Positions 7,490 to 16,140 of a stretch of DNA of 58,866 nt are shown here, piece after piece. The translations under genes were made by a program, and so were the position numbers. Source of the DNA: a virus (taxonomy: Duplodnaviria > Caudoviricetes); IMG/VR virus record IMGVR_UViG_3300014656_000032, positions 1 to 58,866 of that record; one strand, 5' to 3'. The stretch's first letter is position 1; every line of letters begins with the position of its first letter. Under the pieces are notes generated by a model. That model had not been told where the DNA came from. It did not search any database and saw only the letters and a program-made list of their open reading frames with translations.

Positions 7490-8419
7490 TTAAATTGTCC
7501 GCTTATTGAGCACGTCGCACCAGTCGTCGCCCTCGACATCGGGGATCTCGACTGCGGACACGATGCTACACTCTGTGGCCAACCTGTTTGCCAGCGTATA
7601 GGCCGCCCGTTGCCCCGCAAAATGCCGATCGTTGTCCCCAAATACGATCATGTGCGTCACCTCCGGGGGCGGCCGGAACGAACCCATGAGAGCTGTAGAC
7701 AGGACCGCCCATACCGGAACTCCCCACAGTATATGGGCAGCTATCGCCGTTTCGATCCCCTCGGCTATCCCCAACGGCATCCCGTCCACGAGTTGATATA
7801 GCCGTACCGCTCCTCCTGTCATGGGCTTGACTGTCGGCATAGTCTTTTTGGGAGCTTGGATTGCCAGTTTGTTTCCATCAACGTCCAGGTATGTGCGGTG
7901 TACCGTGACGCCAGTGGAGTCCGGGGCCTGGAAGATGGCCAGTATCGCTCTCTGTTCCTTCTTCGTCTCGGGCTCCCATACGTGGTTCGAGAAGCGCAAC
8001 CCGACCGGTATGGCCTCTGATAGACCTCTGCTGACCAGGTACTTGTATCCGGCTCCCGTCTTGTTGGTGTGGATCCGTTTGGCCTTTTCCAGCATCCCAC
8101 GGAGAATCTTAGGGGATATCGCCTTCTCAACCTGCATGGCCGATTCCGGCAGCGTCCCGACAACCGGGGCCAGCTTCTGGCACACAGCTGAAAAAGTCGT
8201 TTGCCACACCCGCTCCAACAGCCCTATCCCGTCGCCTGCTCCGCACTGGTTGCATATCCAGGTTCCGGTCCCGTCCTTGTTGTCGAACCTAAACCTGTCC
8301 TTCCCGCCGCACATCGGACATGCCTGGTGCCGCCCGTTACCGACATCAATGCCGAAATGAGTTAGTATAGACGGCCATTTGCCCACCGAGTCGGCTTTAA
8401 CTTCATCGTAGACTATCAT
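7490..8419 (-). CDS. DNA primase (P4 alpha-type zinc-binding domain plus Toprim)
   Basis: HQACPMCGGKDRFRFD...WICNQCGAGDG; IAEGIETA; FGDND; DWCDVL. Confidence 0.92.
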   Translation of the reverse strand: MIVYDEVKADSVGKWPSILTHFGIDVGNGRHQACPMCGGKDRFRFDNKDGTGTWICNQCGAGDGIGLLERVWQTTFSAVCQKLAPVVGTLPESAMQVEKAISPKILRGMLEKAKRIHTNKTGAGYKYLVSRGLSEAIPVGLRFSNHVWEPETKKEQRAILAIFQAPDSTGVTVHRTYLDVDGNKLAIQAPKKTMPTVKPMTGGAVRLYQLVDGMPLGIAEGIETAIAAHILWGVPVWAVLSTALMGSFRPPPEVTHMIVFGDNDRHFAGQRAAYTLANRLATECSIVSAVEIPDVEGDDWCDVLNKRTI

Positions 8420-8428
8420 GTCCCGGCC

Positions 8429-8929
8429 TCACATTATCGTTACATTTGTCGGTATGGCGGTACTCTTCTGTTCCACCAGTTTGTCTATGGCCGGTTTAAG
8501 CACGTCCCGGAGAATTTCCATCCGCAGATTCACATTTCCAACGATGTTGACTCTGTTCGTAACCACATCCACACCGGATACCACAACGAACATATAGCCG
8601 ACTCCCTCGCCCATGATGGTTTTCGTCATGGATTCCACCAGCTCCCTTAGTATCGTCGTTTTCTCGTCCGTAGTCACTGTGTCCTCCTCGGCTGATTTTA
8701 TTACGTGTGTTATTAACGCTTCGTCCGGCAGGATGGATAATATCTTGCTAATCTCGTCTTGGAGTATAGCGGGATCGAATGTCAGGCTGCCTTCAAGAGA
8801 CTTTTCACAATCCGCTATGTACATATACCCCACTTGCTCACCAAGTATGTACTTCGCCATACCGTTCACAAAAACCTTCAGCATCGTCGTCCGCTCTTCT
8901 GTATTCACGCTGTCCTCCTCTTCGCCCAT
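8429..8929 (-). CDS. Hypothetical protein with an internally duplicated domain
   Basis: EEDSVNTEERTTML...GEQVGYMY and EEDTVTTDEKTTIL...GEGVGYMF. Confidence 0.7.
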   Translation of the reverse strand: MGEEEDSVNTEERTTMLKVFVNGMAKYILGEQVGYMYIADCEKSLEGSLTFDPAILQDEISKILSILPDEALITHVIKSAEEDTVTTDEKTTILRELVESMTKTIMGEGVGYMFVVVSGVDVVTNRVNIVGNVNLRMEILRDVLKPAIDKLVEQKSTAIPTNVTIM

Positions 8930-10404
8930 TTGATGTTCACATGGCGCATCCAGTTGCTAAACTCCCTGTCAGGCTCGACTGGCAGAACTCCGCTCATATT
9001 CTTAGGCCATACCCCGATCCGCTCCTTGTACTTGTGCGCAATCCATCCCTCCTTCCAGCCCTTGGCCTTTCCTACCGTCTCGTAATGCCACTTGAACATA
9101 GCGTACCAACGCCTCTTGTCGGCGGCATCCCATTTCGGCTTGCTCTTGGCATTCAATTCTTTCATTTTCGCGTCCAGCGTCTCAACGTCCTTGCTGTATG
9201 TTTTCAGCTCCGTACCGCATGTTGGACACACTCTTGTTCCAGTAAAGACTTCCAAGCAGAAGGAACACTTTGCAGGCTGCCTCTCTTTCGGCACGGGTTT
9301 CTTCGCCCACGCCCGTTCCTTACCAGACAGCGACCACTCGATATCATCGGTGAGCAACCCGTTCTCGTGTATCACGTTGCCATGATCGAATACCATAACG
9401 TCTTTTTGTCCTTCGCTAACCCTGAGTCCCCGCCCGCCACATTGCCGCCAGAGTCCAATGCTCTTGGTAGGCCGCGCCATCACGATTGCACCGACACTCG
9501 GAACGTCCAAACCCTCCTGGTAGACAGCCACATTGCACAGAACCGTTATTTTCCCGCGCTCGATCTCGTCGAACACCCGATCCCTTTCATCATCGCTACT
9601 CCTGGCGTCCAGATGCGCGGCACTCACACCGGCCCTTTCAAATGCCTCTTTCACCGCTAAGCTATGCTTTACGTTCACGCAAAACACCAGCGTCTTCCTG
9701 TTCTCAGCATGCTCAAGCCAGTTGTCTACGATCTTCCCTATCAGCTTCGGCTTGTTCGTTCTCCGCGCCAGCTCCCCGACAACATAATCACCCATTGAAA
9801 CTTTCACGCCGTCCAGATCGATCTCTTCAGGGACAAAATACCTTGCTGGAGCGAGATACCCGGCTTCGGTCAGTCCTCTCGTGGTGGCCACCTCGATCAG
9901 GTTGTCATAGACCTCTCCTAGCCCCCTTTGATCGGCCCTTAACGGAGTGGCTGTGCAGCCGCTTATTATCTTATCCGGATACATCGCGAGTATCCCCTGG
10001 CTGGTTTTGCTGATGCTCCTGTGCGCCTCGTCGTGTAGGATAATGTCTGCATCCACGAAAAACCTGTTGTGCGTCGGATCGTCGAGCTGGAGCCTTTTGC
10101 TATACGTCTGTATGGTGCATAGCTGTACCGGGTTGTCGGTGTCGGTTGGCTTCCCGGCCATAATCATGGCCGGATGAACGTCAAAGTGTTTTTCAAGGAT
10201 GTCTTTCATCTGATACACGAGGTTCCTGCGATGAACCAGCCACAACACCCGCTTACCGTTTTCAACGACGTTCTTAATGATCTGAGCGTATATGTGCGAC
10301 TTCCCACCGCCTGTTGGTAGAACCATAAGCGGACGCCTTTTCCCATCCCTTATGGATTCGCGTAACAGCGTGACGGCCCTTTCTTGGTAATCTCTCAACT
10401 CCAT
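8905..10404 (-). CDS. Superfamily 2 DEAH-box helicase with C-terminal zinc finger
   Basis: LRDYQ, PTGGGKS, DEAH, TATP, EGLDVP, QCGGRGLR, CSFC...CPTCG. Confidence 0.95.
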   Translation of the reverse strand: MELRDYQERAVTLLRESIRDGKRRPLMVLPTGGGKSHIYAQIIKNVVENGKRVLWLVHRRNLVYQMKDILEKHFDVHPAMIMAGKPTDTDNPVQLCTIQTYSKRLQLDDPTHNRFFVDADIILHDEAHRSISKTSQGILAMYPDKIISGCTATPLRADQRGLGEVYDNLIEVATTRGLTEAGYLAPARYFVPEEIDLDGVKVSMGDYVVGELARRTNKPKLIGKIVDNWLEHAENRKTLVFCVNVKHSLAVKEAFERAGVSAAHLDARSSDDERDRVFDEIERGKITVLCNVAVYQEGLDVPSVGAIVMARPTKSIGLWRQCGGRGLRVSEGQKDVMVFDHGNVIHENGLLTDDIEWSLSGKERAWAKKPVPKERQPAKCSFCLEVFTGTRVCPTCGTELKTYSKDVETLDAKMKELNAKSKPKWDAADKRRWYAMFKWHYETVGKAKGWKEGWIAHKYKERIGVWPKNMSGVLPVEPDREFSNWMRHVNIKWAKRRTA

Positions 10405-10419
10405 CTCACATGCCTTCCC

Positions 10420-10524
10420 TTACTTCTGCACTTCGCGAATGATCTTCACCAACCACCGATACCATGATACCGATCTCGGCTCCTTGCGCCTGTCGATCCC
10501 ACGTTTTTCCTTGCGCCTGTCCAT
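10420..10524 (-). CDS. 34-aa basic peptide with tandem DRRKE motifs
   Basis: GAGGAGG SD; MDRRKEKRGIDRRKEPRSVSWYRWLVKIIREVQK fills the gap between the MTase and the helicase. Confidence 0.5.
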   Translation of the reverse strand: MDRRKEKRGIDRRKEPRSVSWYRWLVKIIREVQK

Positions 10525-10534
10525 GGCATCCTCC

Positions 10535-11506
10535 TCAGAACAGCTTCAACTGCCGGGTTTCGCGCTCTATGCGCCTCGCTGCGATTTCACAGTATTCCTC
10601 GCTTATTTCTATTCCGATCCAACGGCGGTTGAGGCGTTCGCAGGCGATGGCGGTGGTGCCTGAACCTATGAATGGGTCCAACACAGTATCGCCAAGAATA
10701 GAGGCTGTCTCAACTATCCTCATGATGAGAGTCACCGGCTTCGGTGTTTCGTGGGAATCGACTTTGGCATTATAGAAATTGATGTCGTTCCACACGTCCG
10801 TGTGTCCCATTGGGAGATTGAAAGTGTAGCGAAGATCCTCATATTCCTTGCGAAGATCCTCATATTCCTTGCGAAGATACTCATAATTCAAATGCGCTCG
10901 TATTGTGTTATATTGTTCTTCTGTCGGGAAATTAAGACCAAGAAGCCAGTTACGGACGCATCCAGTCATCCTACCTGTCCTTGATGGAAATAGCGCGGCT
11001 ATAGAATTGTTGCTCACGCCAGCGTGGTTAAATTCAGCACGTAGGTATTTCGCCATAGGATTTATTTTTTGGTATTTTTCGCTCAGTTGTTTAGCTCCGG
11101 TCCTGTCTTCAAACGTATAGAACTGTAAGTATTCTGTTGCTTTGGGGTAAGACCTCATCGCACCTATAGAACACCGGCCAGCAATCGAACCGAGTCCTTT
11201 GTCAATGATTATCATCTGCTTATGTCTGTAGCTTGTTTTCTCCTCGAGCATGGTGTGAATTTTCGCTAGTTCAGAGAAAACCATATGAAAAAACCACAGT
11301 GTTGCATTATCTTTCGATGCCTTCTCTGTAGCCTGAAATATGCTTACTATCCATTTGTGATACCCGGGTATTCTGTCCCAATCCGCGACCCCAATGTTAT
11401 ATAGTGGGTCCGCGATAACCAAGTCCACCGGCTCAAGCTGCGGCATGATCTCAAGGCAGTCGCAGTGGAAAAGCTTGCCCAGGGCTGTCTCATAGTATGG
11501 TTTCAT
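10535..11506 (-). CDS. Beta-class N6-adenine/N4-cytosine DNA methyltransferase with HTH-like insert
   Basis: IADPLY (DPPY-like), HETPKP, VLDPFIGSGTT, IGIEI; start at MKPYY with GGAGGG SD. Confidence 0.9.
   Translation of the reverse strand: MKPYYETALGKLFHCDCLEIMPQLEPVDLVIADPLYNIGVADWDRIPGYHKWIVSIFQATEKASKDNATLWFFHMVFSELAKIHTMLEEKTSYRHKQMIIIDKGLGSIAGRCSIGAMRSYPKATEYLQFYTFEDRTGAKQLSEKYQKINPMAKYLRAEFNHAGVSNNSIAALFPSRTGRMTGCVRNWLLGLNFPTEEQYNTIRAHLNYEYLRKEYEDLRKEYEDLRYTFNLPMGHTDVWNDINFYNAKVDSHETPKPVTLIMRIVETASILGDTVLDPFIGSGTTAIACERLNRRWIGIEISEEYCEIAARRIERETRQLKLF
10829..10885. repeat. 21-bp coding tandem repeat (LRKEYED heptads)
   Basis: GCGAAGATCCTCATATTCCTT x2 plus a partial third copy. Confidence 0.9.
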
Positions 11507-11562
11507 AGATTCACCCTCCCTGTTCTTGTTTGCCCCCATGCGACTTCCCAAATGTACATTTC

Positions 11563-11907
11563 CTAACGCTCATATCCGGGGCCGTCCCATGACGCCGGCA
11601 TGTGTCGGTTTGGATGAATGATCCGAGCCCACTTTTCCGGCTCGTCTTCGTCCATGACATGAAGATTGTCGCCAGCCAAACACCACCCGCTTTCATGGCC
11701 ATCAGGTGGTGATCCTGTCCCATCTGGTAACATCTCTCCTCCAACCTCCCATGAATCATACCTGACCACATACGGCAGTCCATGAAAGAGCCCGAGAATC
11801 CAAGAGCCGTCCTTCGGTGCGGGCCCGTCTTGCCATGCTCCCGCAGCCATCGAGTCGATTAGTTGGTCAACGGCAGCTTTGTAAACTCGTGCCTCTTCGC
11901 TTGTCAT
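11563..11907 (-). CDS. Hypothetical protein (DUF551-like pattern)
   Basis: WQDGPAPKDGSWIL...EPEKWA; AAGGAG SD. Confidence 0.7.
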   Translation of the reverse strand: MTSEEARVYKAAVDQLIDSMAAGAWQDGPAPKDGSWILGLFHGLPYVVRYDSWEVGGEMLPDGTGSPPDGHESGWCLAGDNLHVMDEDEPEKWARIIHPNRHMPASWDGPGYER

Positions 11908-11925
11908 CGTCGTATCTCCTTTATC

Positions 11926-13278
11926 CTAAAATAGTTTCAACTGCCGGGTTTCGCGCTCTATGCGCCTTGCTGCCATCCGGCAATACTCCTCCGACAACTC
12001 GATCCCAACGAATTTTCTGTCATGCCGGTACGCCACCAGGCCCGTAGTGCCGCTGCCAAAGAATGGATCTAAAACAACTCCGGTGGTTTTGGGACATCCG
12101 GCAAGGATACAAGGTTCTATCAACTTGGGTGGAAATGTGGCAAAATGGGATTCTCGGAATCCCATTGGGTTCACATCGATACCCACCATCTCATCACCGC
12201 AGAAGATCATTCCATGCGGTTCGGATATGGATTGAAAGAACATGTCTGTGTTTCGATAGTTTCTATATTCTACAAGATCACCGACAGCAGCATGGAAAGA
12301 TTCGTTTGCCTTAATTCCACTTCCAGCCGGCGCAGTTTTCGGTGTAATACCACGGCCTTTCATGTGAGTGAATCCCTTGCTTATTGTCTGGTTGCCAGGA
12401 CCACCGTCTGCCAATTTGTGCTCCTCGCTTCGTCCACGGGCATAGCGTCTATGAGAATCCGGTGACGCCTTGACCTGTATGGCTCCCATATCAAATCGAT
12501 AGTTCTGATTCTTTGCCAGAAGAAAGACATACTCAAGGGTAGATGTTGGGCGATCTTTCACGCTTTCGGGCATCGCAGATCGTTTCACCCATGGCATTGC
12601 AGAGCGGAGATACCACCCATCGGCTTGCAGGGCGAAGGCCACACGCCAGGGGATACCGATCAGGTCTTTTGGTTTAAGCCCACTCTTGGCAAGGTCGGAC
12701 TTGTTGCCCCGATTCAGTTTATATGCGCCCGCGTCTTTTAGTTTGGCGTGACCATCTAAGGAGTCGTCACCACCGCCAGGATTAAAACAAGAGCCTTTGC
12801 CAGACGCATACGAGTCCCCAATGACCACCCAGATGCAGCCATCATCCCTCAGCACCCTTTTGACCTCCCTGAATATCTCCACCATGTGCTCGACGTACAA
12901 TTCAGGGGTCGGCTCCAGTCCAAGAGAACCACGCCAGGCACCGCAAAGCCGGCAGAATTGGCCTTGGGACGGTGACGGAACCATTGAATCAAGCGTTTCT
13001 CGATATTTCTCTGTAACTTGAACCTTCCTTCCGTCGTTGTGAAGCCCTGTTTTATCTGATATCGGTATGACGCGCCTCAGCTTTTCTTCTCCCCACTCGT
13101 GATTGCATGCCGAATCGCCATCCCATACCTGCGACTCGGTGCTGTAATCTCGGAGTCCCCAATAGGGCGGGGATGTGACACAGGTGTTGATGCTACCGTC
13201 CGGTAGCGATTGCAATACGGTGTGGACATTCCCGTGGAATATTTGCCCGGCATCAGTATCAAAGTACGGCGTTATCAT
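11926..13278 (-). CDS. Beta-class N4-cytosine/N6-adenine DNA methyltransferase
   Basis: VTSPPYWGLRDY, LKPKDLIGIPWRVAFALQADGWYLR, HFATFP, VLDPFFGSGTTG. Confidence 0.95.
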   Translation of the reverse strand: MITPYFDTDAGQIFHGNVHTVLQSLPDGSINTCVTSPPYWGLRDYSTESQVWDGDSACNHEWGEEKLRRVIPISDKTGLHNDGRKVQVTEKYRETLDSMVPSPSQGQFCRLCGAWRGSLGLEPTPELYVEHMVEIFREVKRVLRDDGCIWVVIGDSYASGKGSCFNPGGGDDSLDGHAKLKDAGAYKLNRGNKSDLAKSGLKPKDLIGIPWRVAFALQADGWYLRSAMPWVKRSAMPESVKDRPTSTLEYVFLLAKNQNYRFDMGAIQVKASPDSHRRYARGRSEEHKLADGGPGNQTISKGFTHMKGRGITPKTAPAGSGIKANESFHAAVGDLVEYRNYRNTDMFFQSISEPHGMIFCGDEMVGIDVNPMGFRESHFATFPPKLIEPCILAGCPKTTGVVLDPFFGSGTTGLVAYRHDRKFVGIELSEEYCRMAARRIERETRQLKLF

Positions 13279-13499
13279 TAAACCACCCCCACCCGTTCAA
13301 CAGCCCTACAAACACATTCCAAGCCCGCGACCGCTCTACGGGATGCGGCCCAGAGTCAAATTCGTCCCACAAGGCCCCTGAGACGTCGCTACGGACACGC
13401 AAGCATCCCGCCTATGTTCCCCTACCATGCCACGGCCAATCATGGCTAAAAGTGGCATACAGCGTGCTGTACGGGCCAAGATTTCGATATGCCTGCCAT

Positions 13500-13745
13500 T
13501 CATACCGCCCACCACAGCAACATCCACACGAGAACATTGGCAGCAATCAGCGACTTTAGGACCGGCACCTCCCAAATGAAGATGTCAAACCCCCACAGGG
13601 CAAATCCAAGCTTGAACTTCAACGGGGTGTCCCTGACGCAGGGATGAATCGACATCAACCTGTACCGAAACCCGTCTCTAAATGTTTTACGTGGCAACAA
13701 CGAGCCACCGGGTTCACGCGGTACGACAATCTTATCTTCCTTCAT
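13500..13745 (-). CDS. Small membrane protein
   Basis: Purine-rich SD before MKEDK; hydrophobic C-terminus. Confidence 0.5.
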   Translation of the reverse strand: MKEDKIVVPREPGGSLLPRKTFRDGFRYRLMSIHPCVRDTPLKFKLGFALWGFDIFIWEVPVLKSLIAANVLVWMLLWWAV

Positions 13746-13867
13746 CTCTCCCCCTTCCAGCACGCCGGGGTGCGCCGCCGCCGGCATCTCCCTAGTGCTA
13801 GTTACCTCTATCCTAGTCAGTGCCATTAAGTTGTTATGTGGATGTTAGTAATTATGTGCAGGTGAAG

Positions 13868-14202
13868 AGCCATCGCCCAGCCATTGCCCCAGCCATTGCC
13901 CCAGGCATTGCCCCAGCCATTGCCCCAGCCATTGCCCCAGCCATTGCCCCAGCCATTGCCCCAGGCATACGTTTCCGCGCCAGGCTTGGGATTGCGAGAC
14001 GCCCGTCTGACGGCCCATTTTCGTCACGTTCGCGGATGTACCACAAATGGGCGATAGCTGTGGCATCGATTTGCCGATGCCTAAGCCATCGCCCAGCCAT
14101 TGCCCCAGCCATTGCCCCAGCCATTGCCCCAGCCATTGCCCCAGCCATTGCCCCAGGCATTGCCCCAGGCATTGCCCCAAGCATCGGCCCAGGCATCGGC
14201 CT
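13868..14202. repeat. Two arrays of a 12-bp tandem repeat AG(C/G)CATTGCCCC; candidate iteron origin of replication
   Basis: Array 1 13868-13968 and array 2 14084-14202, 7 full units each plus degenerate ends; directly 3' of the DUF1376 gene and next to an AT-rich patch at about 13825-13860. Confidence 0.9.
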
Positions 14203-14210
14203 CGGTGTTC

Positions 14211-14582
14211 TCATGGCCGTGCCATGGCTCTGCCACGGCTCCCTTTTTCCCGATATCCCCACCTGACTACGGCACCTTTTTTCCCCTTTTTAGACGCCGA
14301 CAAGCACCGTTCGCGTGCCTTTCGCAACTCGATCTCAACGCGCTTGTGTGTCCAGACGCCCTTGTTGATCGAGAAGAACCCGCTGAGCACTTCCATGTTG
14401 AAGTCCTTGTCGGGTCCGTTCATCTTGCATATGTCCGGGATTTGTCGTTCGGGTAGGGGGCCGCCGTGCATCCAGTACGCCATGAGTAGCAACAGATATG
14501 CACCGTGCTGCTCCGTCGTCAGGTGCATGGTATCAGCCATGTAATCACCTATGTAGACGGGCATCCATATGTCCGTTTTCAT
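14211..14582 (-). CDS. DUF1376/YdaU-family replication initiator-like protein (possibly frameshifted at its 3' end)
   Basis: WMPVYIGDYMADTMHLTTEQHGAYLLLLMAYW...GPLP; W.HKRVE.EL. Confidence 0.88.
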   Translation of the reverse strand: MKTDIWMPVYIGDYMADTMHLTTEQHGAYLLLLMAYWMHGGPLPERQIPDICKMNGPDKDFNMEVLSGFFSINKGVWTHKRVEIELRKARERCLSASKKGKKGAVVRWGYREKGSRGRAMARP

Positions 14583-14596
14583 GCGTCCCCCCGGGC

Positions 14597-14794
14597 TTAC
14601 TCTATTAGAAGATCCTTGGCGTCTTCCACGCCCAGGGCCTTGGCAATACCAACGATGGTAGAGAGTTTCGTTGACTGTGCAGCCAGAAATCTCCCCACCC
14701 CGTAGGAACTGATGCCGATCCTCCTGGCAAGTTCCTCGGAATCGATGCCCTGCTCCTCCATCATTTGCATGATTTTTATTGTGTTCAGTTTCAT
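14597..14794 (-). CDS. Cro/XRE-family HTH regulator
   Basis: MEEQGIDSEELARRIGIS...TKLSTIVGIAKALGV; AGGGAG SD. Confidence 0.9.
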   Translation of the reverse strand: MKLNTIKIMQMMEEQGIDSEELARRIGISSYGVGRFLAAQSTKLSTIVGIAKALGVEDAKDLLIE

Positions 14795-14840
14795 ACGCTC
14801 CCCTTTTTATGTATCGAGCATGAAATTCACCCTGTACAGA

Positions 14841-14930
14841 TCCCTACACCGAGACGATCCGATGTGTCAAGTAGAAAATGTATGAAATATAAAAAAAGAT
14901 GTTGACAGGGAAATCCGGATGTGTTTTAAG
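14841..14930. promoter_or_regulatory. Divergent back-to-back sigma-70-like promoters with a repeated operator-like motif
   Basis: TTGACA at 14902-14907 (+) and 14870-14865 (-) flank an A-rich core; ATCC(G)GATGTGT at 14857 and 14913; -10 boxes are weak. Confidence 0.55.
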
Positions 14931-14970
14931 AAAGAAAACGAACGCTAACCCAAACAGAAAAGGGGGAACA

Positions 14971-15366
14971 ATGCCGGGAGTAAACAGAGTGACGCTACTG
15001 GGTCGATTGGGGCAGGATCCGGTAGCGAGGTATACGACAGATGGAACCGCCGTTGCGAACTTCTCTATCGCCACGTCGGACAATTGGGCGGACAAGACAA
15101 CCGGAGAGAAAAAGGAACGCACCGAGTGGCATAAGTGCGTTGCATGGCGGAAGCTCGCTGAGATTATCAACGAGCATTTCCACAAGGGGGATATGATATA
15201 CGTAGAGGGGAAACTCCAGACAAGAAAATGGGATAAGGACGGAGTCACCCGGTACGCCACCGAGATTGTCGTTTCGGAGTTTCAGTTTTGTGGAGAGAAA
15301 ACCCAACGATCGGATCCACCAAGCACGGATCCAACGACCATGCCCGATGATGACATCCCATTTTGA
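14971..15366 (+). CDS. ssb: Single-stranded DNA-binding protein
   Basis: VNRVTLLGRLGQDP, FSIATS, ERTEWH, VEGKLQTRKW, C-terminal DDDIPF. Confidence 0.97.
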   Translation: MPGVNRVTLLGRLGQDPVARYTTDGTAVANFSIATSDNWADKTTGEKKERTEWHKCVAWRKLAEIINEHFHKGDMIYVEGKLQTRKWDKDGVTRYATEIVVSEFQFCGEKTQRSDPPSTDPTTMPDDDIPF

Positions 15367-15390
15367 TTACAGAACCTTATAGGAGGAACA

Positions 15391-16140
15391 ATGAACGATC
15401 ACGTGGAGGAAAAGAACGGAAATCTCCCCACCCCATCCAGCATCATGGATGTTGTGGGGATCATGGTACAGAAGGGTGCCGATCTGAGCCAGATCGAGCA
15501 CATGATGGGCCTGCAAGAGCGGTGGGAAGCCAACGAGGCCCGCAAGGCATATGTCACCGCGATGGCCCAGTTTAAGAAGAACCCACCAGAGATAATCAAA
15601 GACGCAGAAGTGTCTTACCCAACTAGCTCCGGCGGCCCGACGCGATACCGCCATGCGTCCCTGGCAAACGTCACGGAAACTATCGGATCCGCATTGGCGA
15701 AGCAGGGCCTGATGGCATCTTGGAAGACGGAACAAAGAGACGGCGGAGTGGCCGTTACCTGCACCATCACCCACAAGCAGGGACACAGTGAAAGCACCAC
15801 CCTGCACGCATCCCCCGACAACTCCGGCAACAAGAACCCGATTCAGGCTATAGGCTCAACGGTCTCATACCTCGAACGCTACACCATCCTTGCACTCACC
15901 GGCCTTGCAACAAAGGAAATGGACGATGACGGTGGGAACCCCCTAGAAACCATTACCGCAGAGCAGGCCAAATATATATCAACCCGCTTGACGGAGTTGG
16001 GCGGGACCGAACAGCGGTTCATGACAAATTTCGGTGTTGATACGATCGCCGAGATGCCTGCGAGTAAATACGAGACAGCCATGAACCTGTTAGCACGAAT
16101 TTCCTACAACCAGACTACAACGAAGGGGGCCGGCAAATGA
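15391..16140 (+). CDS. erf: ERF-family single-strand annealing protein
   Basis: YRHASL, VTCTITHKQGHSE, QAIGSTVSYLERYT...GL...DDDG. Confidence 0.92.
   Translation: MNDHVEEKNGNLPTPSSIMDVVGIMVQKGADLSQIEHMMGLQERWEANEARKAYVTAMAQFKKNPPEIIKDAEVSYPTSSGGPTRYRHASLANVTETIGSALAKQGLMASWKTEQRDGGVAVTCTITHKQGHSESTTLHASPDNSGNKNPIQAIGSTVSYLERYTILALTGLATKEMDDDGGNPLETITAEQAKYISTRLTELGGTEQRFMTNFGVDTIAEMPASKYETAMNLLARISYNQTTTKGAGK

Noticed and set aside
13280-13500. tRNA or known ncRNA in this and other intergenic gaps (also 49035-49130, 52280-52370, 54320-54390)
   Set aside because: Only short inverted repeats such as CGGGATGC/GCATCCCG and ATCGCGGGA/TCCCGCGAT; no cloverleaf, T-loop or riboswitch consensus recognised
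13868-14202. CRISPR array or guide-RNA (TIGR-like) array
   Set aside because: Units are contiguous 12-mers without unique spacers; no cas or Nop-domain gene is recognisable
13820-14544. Plus-strand ORFs with PAIA, SHCP and PQPL repeats
   Set aside because: Stop-free by-products of the 12-bp repeat, antisense to the operon, no SD
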